NCBI RefSeq assembly: GCF_963675165.1 | Contig: NC_087378.1 | Span: 206,562 to 270,561, forward strand | DNA length: 64,000 bases | Reading direction: 5' to 3' | Origin: Halichondria panicea | Taxonomy: Eukaryota | In this document: piece after piece, positions 11,254 to 22,200 of the stretch | How the letters are laid out: each line of letters opens with the position of its first letter | Numbering within the stretch: position 1 is the first letter of the stretch | Notes under the pieces: model-generated | The model's database searches: none | The model's input: only the letters and a program-made list of their open reading frames with translations | Told to the model about the DNA's origin: nothing | Program-made: the position numbers and the translations under genes

Positions 11254-11798
11254 ACTGCTACAGCTGCTCAAGGATCAATGAAGTGCAAGTAAGAGTTTCT
11301 ATAGGCTTCTAGTTATGTTTTCTTGGATTTTGATTCGTGGATTTGCAAAATAATGCTTCGTTCTCGAGTTATGCCTAGTTTTGCTTACTTGGAATGCCAT
11401 TGCAGCCTTTTCGGAAGAGCACGTAGCCAAACTTGTTTACCGAGTGTTGCTACTCTACTTAGTAGTTAGGTCTGTACTAGAACGCTAGCTATTGGTAGCT
11501 GCAAGAGTGAGAAGAGAGCTGCAAGGCTCTGCTGATGGCAGCCATTAATTTTAGACTTGAACTTTGGCATCGATCGTTTTTAACAACAATCATGGTCGAT
11601 CATTACCCACTCTTTGAGTTTGCGTGCAGACATGCAAATTAAAAAATGTTCATCATGTGTATAAAATTCAGCTTTATGTTATGTAGTTTTGGCATCTCCA
11701 CCGAGGCATCAGCACCTGCGGTGCTTCATTCTCTACTGTTTTGTTATAATGTTGTAACCTGTGGTTATGTTTTCACTGAGTGTTTTTTCTTATTCCAG

Positions 11799-12040
11799 GC
11801 CCACAGAAGGTTGCCCACCACCACCCGCCAGCAAATGCCATGGCTACAGCACCAACTGGTTTGTGTCGGAAGGTTAAAGTCAACGATCTCCCTAAAGAAG
11901 CTAGAAACCAGACTGTTCTGAAGTTGTATATCCAATCCCTAGCAGGCCTAGGGTCGTCGGTTGCCAGCGTGGAAATGTTTAACCCTTTCCTTGCCATTCG
12001 TGAAATCTGGAACAGGAGCGTCTTTAGGTCGATCAATTAG
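11799..12040 (+). CDS. RRM-like repeat protein terminal exon (RRM-like KVKVNDLPKEARNQTVLKLYIQSLAGLGSSVASVEMFNPFLAIREIWNRSV), stop TAG at 12038
   Basis: Acceptor tttcttattccag|GC in phase 1, continuing from 11021. Confidence 0.5.
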
Positions 12041-12704
12041 TGTGGATCCGGCCTCACCACGCCTCCAAGTCATTCTATTAGTCTAGATCCGGCTAGCAAT
12101 TCTAGCTGGGACTCCCAGTTCTAGCTCCTTTTGTTTAGCGTGTCAGAGACTGGGAGAAGATGATTGGCACTCCCTGGCTCCTTTGGATGTACAGCTGTCC
12201 AGATCCCTAGAACATACCCTCCATTCTGACGAGTTATCAGTGCATAGGGTGCTTACTAGATTCTTGCCAGCCAGTACAGTTCAAGCTACACACAGCACCG
12301 CTCAACTATTCTCTACCCCATTATCTAGCTAAATCTGGTCCAACTAGACAGCAGACACAGCTAGTTAATTCAGTAAAGCCAGGGGTAGCCCTACTTCTAC
12401 GGTTGTTCAGTACCCACGGTAACAATTCCTCTGGGCTGGGCTAACTAGTTGAGCCACGCCTCCCAATTCTCAAGGCTAGGTACATGTCTCTGTCTAGCTG
12501 CTTCTTCAGCTTCTTGCTCAGTTTTGTGGCTTAGAGAAAGGCCAGCTACTCAGGGGGAAGAGTCCAGATGAAAGTCTGGCAGCCAGGTGACGTCCAAACG
12601 GTCAGTTATTCTTTCCACCAACTTTTTAATCTAGTCTAGTCCTGCTTGCACTGCTACTACTACTGCTGCCTACTGCTGCTACTCTTCCTAGCTAGTCAAA
12701 GGTT

Positions 12705-12731
12705 TCTTTTTTTTTTTTTTTTTTTTTTATA
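12705..12731. repeat. poly(T) run of about 27 nt
   Basis: Direct observation. Confidence 0.9.
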
Positions 12732-13182
12732 ACTACATATGCACAAAGAGACATCAAAGCTTACATCAAAGGACACAGATTTTTAGCCTACTTGACTGAT
12801 AAGGCGGTTACCTAGACTACAGTTTGTTTGTCAGGGAGGAGCTCACATACAACTTCATCTAATTCATCATAACGATTCCTTACCCATTGTTGTAATTTCT
12901 ACAACAGATTGCCAAGGAAAGAGATAGGACAGTGCTGTTATCACTTTGGAAAATCTTACAAGTTAGTTACTCATAAATTGTGCACACATGCAATGTACAC
13001 AGCATTCTCTGACCAGTATGACCAGTACAATTAAAGTGGTTAGGTCGCATAAGGTATCTTTGCAGTAGTTGGTGTCTATAATTATGCTGTGCCCCTTTTG
13101 TCTTCTACATGTATAAGGTATCTTTGTGTACATACATGTAATAGTACATGCACATATACATGTATAATTATAATATATATAC

Positions 13183-13378
13183 CGTATAGCGGGTAATTTT
13201 CGTGGGATAAAAAATTTGGAAAACGGTGGTTTTCGTGAGTAAAAATTTCGTTGCCTGCACTGCATTCATATGTTCCGGTAAGCCACGCCTACGTTAAAAT
13301 TTCGTGGAGGTCATCTTGCCCACGAAAAAAACGAATTTTTTACCCCACGAAAATTACCTGCTATACGGTAATTATATT
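13183..13378. mobile_element. Complete MITE (about 195 bp) with 26-bp terminal inverted repeats TACCGTATAGCGGGTAATTTTCGTGG ... CCACGAAAATTACCTGCTATACGGTA, about 70 bp upstream of the first coding exon of PARP14-like copy 2
   Basis: Both TIRs are visible. The internal sequence is AT-rich with repeated TTTCGTG motifs. Confidence 0.7.
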
Positions 13379-13445
13379 CATGCACACTTCTGATAATATA
13401 ATTGCTATAATTACATACAGTCAGATAATTATCTTGATCTTGCAG

Positions 13446-13676
13446 ATATGAACAGGGTTCTCGAGTTGTCTAGGACGAACCCATTGGAGGGTGTGGTCCT
13501 TGCCCTGTCTGCCCTCGAGCCATCAGATACAGTCCTCGTCTCTGGCCTCAATGACACCACTCAAGATGTCCTCGTCAAGTTGATGCTGGCTGATTATATC
13601 AAGCAACACGACTCTGTTGAATCTGTGAAGCGGATCTCTCCCACCCACGCATTGGTCATCTTCAAGTCCCCTAACA
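13446..13676 (+). CDS. PARP14-like copy 2, first coding exon (ATG at about 13448; RRM-like MNRVLELSRTNPLEGVVLALSALEPSDTVLVSGLNDTTQDVLVKLMLADYIKQHDSVESVKRISPTHALVIFKSPN)
   Basis: An acceptor (cttgcag|AT) lies immediately upstream, so a 5' UTR exon is likely. Donor GTGAGT at 13677. Confidence 0.7.
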
Positions 13677-13730
13677 GTGAGTCACACTGAAAGCTTAAAC
13701 TGTTTAGCAATTAAAAACAATCCATTACAG

Positions 13731-14779
13731 GTGTTCAGAAAATGATAAGCATGACAAGCACTCCACTAATTGAAGTTGAAGGATTGCAACTTTATGTGAA
13801 GGAGCACTATCCGTTTATGGACATTAGTGAAATACTTGACCCATCCTCAACAAAACAAGATGATCCTCTGAAGCCTAACGATCCCCCCACCCCCACCAGT
13901 ACCCAGGTGGTGGTACACAGTTCACAGAGGGACCCACTCACGGAAGAGAAACACTTTTATCTGAAGAACAGCCTCCCTGAGTTCAACGATGCTCTGCAAT
14001 CACTGAAAGCGTGTGCTGATATTGAGAAAGTTGGGAAGGAATATTTTGTGGTGATTTCACCTCTTAAAGGCTCTGGCAGTATTGATGAATGGAAGGACAA
14101 AGTTGCTGCAGCTCTACAAAAACACTTCGAAGAATTATCGATTGAGACGATTAATTTTCCAAATAAGGAGGCAATGGCAGATGTCTTAGTTTTAATTTAC
14201 GATCAAAGAGATTCGGTTCTAGTCGCTGAGAAGAATCCCAACTCCTTTGTTATAGCTGGTCACAAAGAAAATATTATCAACGTTTATGAGAAAGCAACAG
14301 AAATTTGTAAACAATATCAAGTTACTATTCGTGTGATAGAGCTCCCTCGGAAACGTGTGAAATTCTTGGAAAAGTTCTACCACCACGAGTTCCAGAAACT
14401 AGTTAATAAAACAAGTGTTCATGCCATTCAGTTCAACACAGACAATGGATTGATTACTGTAACAGCCAATCCCCCCGGCCACACCGAAGTTGACGAAGTG
14501 GTTGAGCAAAAGAACACACCAGAAGAGAAATCGTTACAGATGTCTCAGATGGCCTATAAACTACTTTCCTCTCAAAAAGGTGCGGAAAAGTTAAATAGTA
14601 TCTCTGGTCGACAAATTGTGTACCATATGGAACAAGTTCAAATCCCAGGTGATGTGCAGTATTATATTCGCTTTCTCTCTAAGGATGTGGAGGTTCTAAA
14701 GAAGGTTAAGGAAAGTGTGAAGTTGTATGTCCATGAGGTGGCGTTTGAAACGAGGCCTGCTAAGATACGAGTGTCATAG
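13731..14779 (+). CDS. PARP14-like copy 2 large exon (KH-like/linker region), ends at an in-frame TAG at 14777 because of an apparent frameshift
   Basis: Acceptor ccattacag|GT in phase 1. A 349-codon open frame. Confidence 0.7.
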
Positions 14780-16011
14780 CCACACTCAGTGAAAAGCATT
14801 TTGTGTCCGTTACTGCTCAAGAAGCTTCAAGCTCGATTATCGTTACCGGTGAAAAACTTGCCTGTAATGACATCAGTAAAAAGGTACAGAGCTTTCTAGA
14901 GAAGCACACTAACATTGAGGAGTGTGTGACAGTCAGTCAGAGCGAATGGTTTGTTGTAAAGGGAAATTTTTGCAACGAGGTTAAAGAAATAAACGATCAA
15001 TTGAAGAAGAAGCAAGTCAAAATCGAGTGGCCTAAACCTAATCTTAATGTGTCTTCCCTTCCGATTGTTATCTCTGGAGAGCCTGGGGTGGTGGACGACA
15101 TTAAGGAACAAATATCACTTCTCTTAAAGAAGGTGTGCAAGAAGGAGTCACGCATCACTGGTGTGCCAGCTGCCGTGCATGTGCTCGAGAGTATGGAAGA
15201 CAAACGGGGTCTCCTAGAATCAGATGAGAAAGTTCAGATCGAAGTAACTCTTGAAAATGATGATACTAACGAGGAGCTAGAGGCAGCTGCTCAAGTGGAA
15301 GGTGAACTCCCCCGGCAAGTGTGCGCTGGGACTTCCCCCAGTGGATCACGGGTGTCCGTTTACACTGGAGACTTTGCCCAAAATGCTCCCGTAGGAGTTA
15401 TTGTGAATTTCATCACGTCTGATCCAAACACACAAGTTGGATGCCTCAAACATCTCCTTGAATCTGGAGGAGCTGATGCAATGGAAGATTTTAAACGAAA
15501 AGTATTGCAATGCATGAAGCTTAAACCTGGTAAGGTGTTCAGGACACGTCATGGGCAGCTTAAGTGCTCACAGCTGGTTCACTGCGTCTTGCCATCTTGG
15601 AGAACTGCTACAGAGACTGAAGCTAACAAAGAGTACTTCCTCGAAGAAGCTTTGTACGATGTTATGAAAGACACTGCACACACTGGGTCTATTCTGATCA
15701 TCCCTCTGACCTCTGCCCCCCTCCACTATCCTGTCAACACGTTTGTACGACTCGTCATGGATGCTGCTACTCACCAAACTAGTTCAAATCTGCAAGTCTC
15801 CGTCTATGTCGAGGAATTTCATCATGCCAACGAGTTTCAGGGTGCTTTTCAGACAAGGAAGTACCAAATTCATCAGAAGGTACCACTGGGTTCACCATTG
15901 CTGGCTGCTAAGAAGGAAAGACCTTCCCCTCTGGCTGCTAGTGTCAAGACAATCGCCAGTAACCTTGGTAACTTCATCACTATAGTCAACGGAGACCTGC
16001 TACAACAACAG
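14764..16011 (+). CDS. PARP14-like copy 2: continuation in the +1 frame; contains macro domain 1 (APVGVIVNFITSDPNTQVGCLKHLLESGGADAMEDFKRK...GKVFRTRHGQLKCSQLVHCVLPSW)
   Basis: The frame is open from 14764 with no internal ATG for 120 codons, so it must be read through from the upstream frame. Donor cag|GTACAC at 16012. Confidence 0.65.
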
Positions 16012-16209
16012 GTACACTGACTGAGAGGGCTTGTACTGTGAAATTACTGTTAGATTCATTTGTACCATGATATTATTATATAATGATATAATATTGTGTT
16101 AGTGAGTATATATAGCGCCAAGAGAACTATGTTGTTAGCATTACAATTATTTGAGGTATGTACCAATTTCACTAACTCTAACGTTAATATTTAATTACTG
16201 TTCCACTAG

Positions 16210-16431
16210 GCTGATGTGTACATCAACTCCACCAATACCACACTCAACCTGAAGCAAGGACAGTTGTCCCAGATCCTACTAAAGACCTGTGGTGATGAAT
16301 TACAGACAGAGTGCTCAGAGTATGCTCCACTGAAGCCGGGGCAGGTGGCAGTCACAGGCGCCAAAAACTTGAAGTGCAATCAACTCTTTCACATTGCTCT
16401 GCCTGATTACAAAACAGCCAATTCTGAGAGG
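16210..16431 (+). CDS. PARP14-like copy 2: macro domain 2, first exon
   Basis: Acceptor ttccactag|GCT, donor GTGAGT. Paralogous to 171-392. Confidence 0.8.
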
Positions 16432-16526
16432 GTGAGTTGTAGCCTCCGGAATAAAGCCCCTCATACATCTATATATGCTAGGTATAGGGGCGATTCTAAT
16501 GGTACACTGTTTTTCATTGTGTACAG

Positions 16527-16790
16527 GTTTTTCGAGAAACGGTTCGACAGATTCTTCGCATAGCCAAGAGCAGCAGTGTGTCCTCCATTGCTATCCCATC
16601 ACTCGGTGTGGCTAATCTTGGCTACCCTGAGAACGTGTCAGCTAAAATCCTGTTCCAAGAAGTCATCGCTTTCCATTCCCAGTACCCAAGTTCCATTCAG
16701 AAGTTCATCTTTGTAATCTATGAGAAGAATGTGTTCCAAGCGTTCAGCAAAGAGTTCGCCCAGCAAATGAGTGGGGAATCGACTGTACAG
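16527..16790 (+). CDS. PARP14-like copy 2: macro domain 2, second exon
   Basis: Acceptor gtgtacag|GTT, donor GTATGT at 16791. Paralogous to 524-787. Confidence 0.8.
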
Positions 16791-16950
16791 GTATGTTAAC
16801 ATACATGTACAATTGTAAGCAACCATTTGATCGATGGCCCTGAACACTGGTAATTAACTGTGCAGAGATGTACATGCATGCAAATTGTTTAGAGTAAACC
16901 ACAAGTCTTGTTAATGGTTCTCGTGTCAACTGCACATGACTTTTACACAG

Positions 16951-18214
16951 GCATCTCCAATGGCTTCTCTCCCAGTAACCCCGCCCATTGGGAGCACCAC
17001 CCTCATAATAGCTCAGGGAAATATTGCCGAGGAGTCGACTGACATCATCGTTAACACTACCTCTGAGGATATGACACTCAACAAATCCGCCGTTTCCAAG
17101 GCAATTCTTGAGAAGGCTGGTGATGAGCTACAGAAGATATGCAAACAGTATGTTGAAAATGGAATGCGATTGGATCACGGGCAAATTGTTGTTACATCAG
17201 CTGTTGGGAAGCTCCGCTGTAGAAAGATAATCCATGCCCACGTACCTCACCAAGGGTCAATAGCAATGTCATCCACTCACCACTGCCAGCTCATTGAGAA
17301 GATTGTTATTGACTGTCTACAAAAAGCCGAACACGAGAAAACAAAATCGATATCTTTCCCAGCCTTTGGTTTGGGAGGGGGTGGTTATTCGGTTGAGCAA
17401 GTAGCCGAGCCGATGCTCAAAGCCTTTCAGAAGTTTGGGCAGACACATCCACAATCTGTGAAATTGATAAGAGTAGTTCTTTACGATCCAGAACTGTACA
17501 AGCAGTTCAATGATTTCTACTACAAATTCTTTGGTCGCAGTCCATTAGATCCCAGTCCACCACCCCCTATAGCTAGTTGGTGGAACCCCTTTGCCAGTGG
17601 TAGTCATAAGGTCAACAGCGAGGGTCAAGAGATTCAGGCAGGAGGTGTGGCTTCACTTAAGGCTCCACTCCTTCCACAATCCATACCAAACTCCACAGTT
17701 ATCTTCACAATTTTTGCTGCCTCCGATGCCCACTGTGATAAAATTGAGAAAGATTTTACAAAGTTAATCAAAGAAAACTACACAACGAAAAAAATTGTGA
17801 GTACCCACATTGAACAGCTGATTGATGACGATTTTAAAAATATATTTCAAATCGGGAAACAGCATGGCGTTCAAGTGAAAATGGTGGTCAAAATAAATGA
17901 GATTCACATTTCTGGGGAGATATCTAAAGTTAAGGAAGCTCACAGTGAGATTCAACAGATTTTGAGGGATTTCTCCATGATTGAGCTTTGTGATTTTGAG
18001 TGGTTGAGTGTAGACGATGATGGGAGGTATAACGCCTACCCCCCAGCGGCTAACATGAAACTAGAGCGTGCCTTTAACAAGGATCTGAATGCTATTGAAC
18101 TGATTGTGAACAATGTTGTCGTGGTAATTGATATCCAAAACAAAATGGAAACGGACAAGACAACTGGAAAGAGAAGGAATATTATGCGTGCTAAGAATGT
18201 TATGGCATCAGTTG
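16951..18214 (+). CDS. PARP14-like copy 2: macro domain 3 plus WWE domain exon
   Basis: Macro: IIAQGNIAEESTDIIVNTTSEDMTLNKSAVSKAILEKAGDELQKICKQY...GQIVVTSAVGKLRCRKIIHAHVP. WWE: IELCDFEWLSVDDDGRYNAYPPAANMKLERAFNKDLNAIELIVNNVVVVIDIQNKMETDKTTGKRRNIMR. Donor GTGAGT at 18215. This exon is absent from copy 1. Confidence 0.8.
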
Positions 18215-18369
18215 GTGAGTGAGTCTATGCATGTGTGTTTGTTCCAGTAAATTTCTGTTATTCTCTCATGTTACTCCCCTCCTCTGGTAGCTACTAGCTA
18301 ATATTATAATAATTATTTTGTGCTCCCTAAATAAATTATAAAATGTCCTACGCTTGTTTAATTATACAG

Positions 18370-18705
18370 ACTTCCCCCCCACATGGGAGACCCCCCACAG
18401 CACGGGTGGTAAGAGAGAGCCAATGACCAGGATTGAAGTGGACTCAGGGACACCAGAGTATATAGAGGCAGTCAAAGAGTTTGAAGAGTCACTGAGAAAA
18501 GGAGGTGTCAAATACTCCATCGAGAAGGTTGAGAGGATTGAGAATATAACTGAGTATGCCAAACACGTTGCCTTGAACGACTCCATCAGAGTGAAACACA
18601 AGAAAGACCCTCTAGTGAAGAGGCTGTTTCATGGGTCCAAGAAAGATAGCATTGTACGAATTGCAGTACAGGGATTCAACAGAAACTTTGCTGCCGATGC
18701 AAATG
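18370..18705 (+). CDS. PARP14-like copy 2: PARP catalytic exon 1 (LFHGS)
   Basis: Acceptor aattatacag|AC in phase 1, donor aatg|GTAATT. Confidence 0.8.
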
Positions 18706-18793
18706 GTAATTAGATTATTAAAGTGTTGAAGTGAAAAATTTTACATACTCTAAATGCATACTTAATTTTTCTCTCGATCTATATATTTTCCAG

Positions 18794-19086
18794 CTGCTTA
18801 CTACGGGACGGGAGTGTACTTTGCAGTGGAGTCTTCCTACTCTGCCCAGAACAAGTATTCAGTACCTGACTCGAGTGGCCTCCGGTACATGTTTGTGTGT
18901 CATGTGATCATCGGAGAGTATACCCTAGGCAACAAAGACATGAAGATAGCCCCTCCACTGACACCTGGCTCCAATGCAGTTTTTGATACTTTAGTCAATC
19001 ATATGAAGCCTCCAACTATTTTTGTAGCCTTGACTGATGCCCAGGCTTATCCCGAGTACCTTATCACATTCAAAAAACTTAAATAA
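18794..19086 (+). CDS. PARP14-like copy 2: terminal PARP catalytic exon; TAA at 19084 overlaps the AATAAA signal
   Basis: AAYYGTGVYFAVESSYSAQNKYSVPDSSGLRYMFVCHVIIGEYTLGNK...YPEYLITFKKLK*. Confidence 0.8.
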
Positions 19087-19087
19087 A
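19082..19087 (+). terminator. AATAAA polyadenylation signal overlapping the stop codon of PARP14-like copy 2
   Basis: The string cttaaATAAAgtg is directly visible. The convergent whirlin-like gene has its own signal (TTTATT on plus) at about 19205. Confidence 0.5.
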
Positions 19088-19273
19088 GTGTCTCTAGGTT
19101 TTATAGGTAAAGTAGGTATATAGAGACTGTTTAGTGGAACTAATTTCTAGCCTGAGGCCGTTGACTGAATTTATGTTGGTACAAGTACAATCTATGTAGT
19201 AAGATTTTATTGATAAAATACTTGTCCATTCATATATACTGCAGCTGCCACTTTCGTACAAAAAACAAACACG

Positions 19274-22200
19274 CTAGTGTGGTATGGATCCTGGAATGAC
19301 AATTAGTTTAATAGTAGGGGTGTCACTGTTATAAGCCTCAGCTATGGCCTCCATTGCCTCAGTGTATGTCCTCCCTCTGATTCTCTGCTCATCAACTTGC
19401 ACCACTTCATAACCAGGCTGCACGGGATTGAGGACATTAATTAGGCTGGTAAAACACACCAAGGGATAGAATTAACTATAACCTAATAATGGACAGAGAA
19501 TATAATTACAAAAAATAATTAAAAATGATCGTGGACCAAATAATATATATTTATAGTAATTAAGCAGCAGATTGAGTACTTTACAACCAGCTGGCTGTAC
19601 CTGTACGAACCCATCCTTGTGAACTGCCCCTCCCTCTCTCAACTCTCGGACGTACACATTCTTGTAGGGTGTGTCCGAGCCACCTTTGATGGCCATACCT
19701 AGAGTGTATTTAAACCGAGTAAAGTAAATTCTGTAAGCATGAGACATTTCTAGCAACTAATATTTTGCAGTATAACTAGGGCTATGGTTCTTACCTAGAA
19801 ACGCTGACTCTTTTGGTATCTCCACGACAATAGGTGTGTGCTTAATGAGAGGGTAGACTCTTGCTTGGTCGTTACCCCTCTGATCATGTGATCTTCCGTC
19901 AGTTTGGTCCTCACCACCACCGGACAGATACGACTCACGAGGCTTTAGTCCAGATAGGTTGGGGTCACTGCATTAATTGTTATGACATTTATACATGGCA
20001 TTGTGTTTTGTAAAAATGTAAAAATTGACTTACAAATAATTATATACAGAAACTCAGATTCTTATGCATAATAATAGTGGGGAGCAGAGGATTATATAGA
20101 AGGTACAATTTAATAGTGTACATTGCGTGTATGTAGTGTCTTTGGACGGCCATAATTTGGGTTTGGATGGTCCAATTTCAATTATTTTTTGGTAGCTTGA
20201 AGTAAGCTCTTTCAGATGGCATATTAAAATCAAGTCATTTTTGAGGCCATTTTCAACAAAAAAGCGTGAGGTGGGGGAAAAGTGTATGTTTCAAGACACA
20301 GTGCACACCTGCTTGTTACATGAGATCCCTTCTGTAGAGCAGCTGCATGCTTGGGACCTCCTAATGTTCCAAGGTCAGGCAATGATGGCTTCTTGTTGGC
20401 TGACTGAAGTGGGGCAAGCATCGGCCATCGCTGCTCTGCATAACAAACCATCAATCACTGTGTTTACTAGGCACATTACATTATGACATAACAATCATTT
20501 TTAACTAATAAGGCGTATATAATATTTGCAATGAATCAAGTGAAATTCTAACCATTTTCATTTCATCTACACTCACTTTGTGTTGATGCCATCACAGCGT
20601 TGTAATCAAGCAGCATATCTGTGTAGGTATGACACATACAGTTATGTGTTGGCTCCAGTGTAGAGCTATTCCTCCACTCACTCACCTTCATCTGAACTAC
20701 CAGACTCAGTATCTGATGACTTGTTCATTGCCTCCACCTCCAGAGGGGACACCATCTCGTCAAACACAACAAGGTGGGCGGGGCTAAGCACGGATCTATG
20801 GGAAATCAGAGAAAATAAAGCAGTGATTAGAATGGTCGAGTGAGTATACCTGACGTCATTGAGCAGCCTCAGTTTATCAGGAGTGTTCAAGAGTGGAATT
20901 AGTTCATCAACAAACTCTGTTATGTCATCGTCTTGTTCGTACTGCGTGCATAACAAAGTGTTGATATTAAACATATTCATCATGATAGAATAACTAAACA
21001 ATATTCACTAGGCTGTTTACCACACACAAACCAACAACACTGCAGCTCATACTATTATTGTACCTGCTCAAGACTTTCTCTCAGTTTAGCCACATCCACC
21101 TCCCGCATCATTCTTCGAGCGTGATCGAGTAGCAATTCCTTTGCTTGACTGGACATAGACGCCAGCATAACCTGAGTGCCCACTCCCCTCTCAAAGAACT
21201 TGGGTACGACAGAGGTGGGGCTAGTGAAGGAGGAGGAACGAACAGCTCTTGACTCATGGGTAGCTAATGGAGACACCACCATTGGCTTCCTCCGACTTGG
21301 TGCACTGTTGACTCCTGCACATAATTATAGTTATTATACTACAGTCCAATTAGCCTACTGTAATTTTGAGTGCATATTATATATAATGTATGGCTGCACA
21401 CACAGTATATACCTGAGGAACTTGGTCTCCCCGGGGGGCCTCCGTAATCTACTGAATCTGTCCCCCCACCAGGGGGCATTGACCTCCTCTCACTCTGAGA
21501 GCGTCTAACTTGTCTCCTTGTTACAGGTGTGGTGGTGTTGTCTTCTCTGCTCTTGGACGTTGGGGAGCTGTTATTCTCTAGTGTGGAACCAAATCTCCTC
21601 GGTAGGGTGAATGATTTTGATCTCTCTTTTCGGTCACCTGGTGGAGCATGTGATAAAAGCATGACAGTACTTAGTGAGATATTCTGCAGGTGTATGTATG
21701 AAAGGTACCTTCTTGAGCATCTGATGCGAGTTTTGGTAGTTTACCTAACGACTATAGATAAAGTGTGAGAGTGGTCAAGTGAAATTAGCACATTAAATTT
21801 TCGGTAGTTAATTACTCTTTACCTTGATGGTCATGATTAGTGTGGGGTAGGATCGAAGGATGTAGACTGCTTCTTGGTGGAAGATGGACGCAAAGCTGTG
21901 TCCATTGATGTCCATTATTTGATCACCAACTTTCAGTCCACTCTCTTCAGAAGGAGAACCTTTGTCCACCCTGCACATATAATACGATGCAATGTTATGG
22001 ATAGAACTGAACAATGTAGAGTGCTGTACATGTAAAGCCTTGATTGCTACCTGCTGACTCACATTGAGACATATATCCCCAGGCTGTACTCTGCCCCTCC
22101 CCTCACACTGAACCCAAGAGACCGCTTCTTGTCGGTGTGCAGTACAATCTTGTGCTTGTCTGCACTGCTAAGCAATCTGTTCCCAGACTCACCATCTCTC

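Noticed and set aside
14896-15777. Minus-strand 68-71 aa open frames within PARP14-like copy 2
   Set aside because: They are antisense to the macro-domain coding exon and have no supporting signals.
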